This document shows positions 62,043 through 64,000 of a stretch of DNA of 64,000 nt, piece after piece. A program made the position numbers and the translations under genes. Position 1 is the stretch's first letter. Each line of letters begins with the position of its first letter. Under the pieces are notes generated by a model that made no database searches, was not told the DNA's origin, and worked only from the letters and a program-made list of their open reading frames with translations. This DNA is from Lingula anatina (taxonomy: Eukaryota > Animalia > Brachiopoda): the NCBI GenBank assembly GCA_051362555.1, contig CM120643.1, positions 5,518,001 to 5,582,000 of the forward strand, read 5' to 3'.

Positions 62043-63946
62043 CATCCCATGATACATATCTGTTAGGTAATCTATGTCCATATTTGATCATTTTGGGGAA
62101 ATCCAAGATGGCCTTCTTTTCCCCATAGGAAAACTGGTGCATTGGATTTTATAGGCACTTCTAAGGCAAATCAGGGTCATTATGATATTTTGTCAAAATA
62201 CTTAAAGGTACACACTTGTTACCCACCAGACAGATATCTCAAAGTCCAAAAAGAATGTGGGAAATACGGAGAAACAAAATTCATTTTATATTGAACCCAA
62301 TGTCACTCTGGCACTAGTTGACTGTATTATTCCTATTGTGAATTGCAGCAATCTTGAATTTTCTCAAATACGCAAGATGCACACTTGCTACACACCAGAT
62401 TTATATAGAGTAAGGTTAATAAGGATGTCAACATGTTTAAATATCAAACGGCTTTATTTCATGTTGGAATCAATGTCTGAACTGTTCCATTAATTGACAC
62501 CTATGTGCATTTGAATGATGTATTCCTATCGCAACTGGCATCTATCTTGGGTTTTCTCTGAATAGTACTCAATGATACATACACTTTCTACACACACAGA
62601 GTCTTTCAAAAGGATAAATAGGATATGAAAGGGAAAACATTTAAAACAATCTGAAGTTAACTGCATTTAAATTGTACTCAGTGTATCTCCGGCATTATTT
62701 GATTATGTGTACGAATATTCTAATGACAAAAGGCAGACATCTCGAATTTTTTCAGAATACCCAAAGATACACACATGCTACATACGAGGTATACATCATA
62801 GGGGTAATAATAAATGGAGAGAAAAACGTAAATTATTTTTTAAAACAAACCCATGGTAATGTAATTGTATAACGAACCACATGCAGCAATTGAAACCCAC
62901 CCATTAGTATTCCTATGTCAAATTGTAGCTATCTTGGATTTTCTCAGAATATCCAAGGATGCACACTATTTACCCACCAGATATATATCATAGGACTAAT
63001 AAGGATGGGCAAAACTTGATAAGCAAACACTATTTCACCCTGGTAGTAGATGAAAAGCCATGGATGTGCAGTTGTAATTCCAGTAGTATTCCTATGGCCA
63101 AGACGGCCATCTTGGATTTTCTCAAAATGATCAAATATGCACATTTATTACCTGCTAGATATGTATCACAGTGTAATGATAATGTGTAAAACACTGAAAA
63201 AATAAACTGAATTTGATAGTGAATTATGTTTTTCCTAGCTGGAATTAGTTCTAACCCTTTGTAATACTAGAAGAATTCCTATGACAAATGGCGGCCATCT
63301 TGGATTTTCTCATAATGCCCAAGAATACATGTTAGTTACTCACCACATACATATTGTGTGGAAGGGATGTGGAAAACACTCAGAAACAAACTTAATTTGA
63401 TAGTGGAAAATTAATCTTTCCAGTTGCTATTAGTTGAATTCTTCGTATACTAGAATTCCTGTGGCACATGGCAGCCATCTTGGATTTTCCAAAATGCCCA
63501 AGAGCACTTCGTAGTTACTCACCACAAACATATTATGTGGGTAACAAAAATCTGAGAAACAGACTTAATTTGATAGTGGACAACGTATCTTTCTAGCTGG
63601 TATTAGTTGTGCACTAGTATTCCCATGGCTGTTTCTCTGGCATATGACAGCCATCTTGGATTTTTTCAAAAGGTCCAAGGGAACTTGTTTGCTACCTGAC
63701 ATATATGAATAAAATGGGTAATTAAGAGTGTGGAAAACAATTTATTTGATTAAAATCAACATGGGTATGTATATATTTCTAAAGAATTCCATAAATTGGC
63801 GGCCATTTTGGATTTTTTGACCAAACGGTAAATTGTTTGAGAGGGCTACGGCTCTAATTTGATTTAGAATGTCAAAAGGTAACTACATGCCAAATTTGGT
63901 GCTTTTATCCGCCGTGTCACGATTTTTTCCTTAAGCCACCGGACTA
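61209..63946. mobile_element. Academ-like non-autonomous DNA transposon with long TIRs
   Basis: Ends TAGTCCGGTTGCTTAGG...CCTTAAGCCACCGGACTA (5'-TAG...CTA-3') with a 3-bp TSD, TAA, at 61206-61208 and 63947-63949. More than 300 bp of inverted homology, plus ~160-190-bp subterminal repeats carrying AATCCAAGATGGCCGCC in opposite orientation in each half. No transposase ORF. Confidence 0.8.
61979..62046. repeat. (ATT)n microsatellite inside the Academ-like element
   Basis: Read directly; explains the poly-Asn ORF 61849..62142. Confidence 0.9.
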
Positions 63947-64000
63947 TAAAATTTTGACTGCATTTCTATTTATTTGTGTTCAACAAGGGTGAATTTAATT

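Noticed and set aside
37380-62142. Low-complexity ORFs (poly-Ile 37380, CV/RE repeats 45660 and 54924, HT repeats 47542, poly-Asn 61849)
   Set aside because: These are translations of microsatellites.
62340-63810. Regularly spaced GCCATCTTGGATTTT repeats resembling a CRISPR array
   Set aside because: The spacers are ~170 bp and homologous to each other, the array is mirrored within a TIR element, the context is eukaryotic, and there are no cas genes.

Overview
AT-rich eukaryotic (metazoan invertebrate, probably lophotrochozoan/mollusc-like; inferred, not proven) genomic DNA. Two spliced + strand genes could be reconstructed by hand with consistent exon phases. (1) A 13-coding-exon, 1325-aa NACHT/WD40 protein of the NWD1/NWD2-like STAND family (9375-19419). 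It starts with a myristoylation-type MGSACS motif, and its Walker A lysine, its second Walker B acid and the conserved Glu of the N-terminal DUF4062-like domain all appear substituted, so it is a candidate membrane-anchored pseudo-enzyme STAND scaffold. (2) A 2-exon, 323-aa Snail-superfamily Scratch (scratchB/Kahuli-type) C2H2 repressor (36172-44973) in a large CpG-retaining non-coding domain with candidate enhancers and a possible alternative exon. The rest is transposon material: a near-intact DD34E Tc1 nested in a HINE-like repeat, L1/Tx1 and RTE LINE 3' ends, a Penelope-like remnant with a minimal hammerhead motif, hAT/Harbinger/CMC-type MITEs, an inverted MITE pair bracketing a 2.5-kb cassette, and a 2.7-kb Academ-like element with long TIRs. 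I found no rRNA, tRNA or CRISPR features. All family assignments come from motif recognition by eye, not from database searches.
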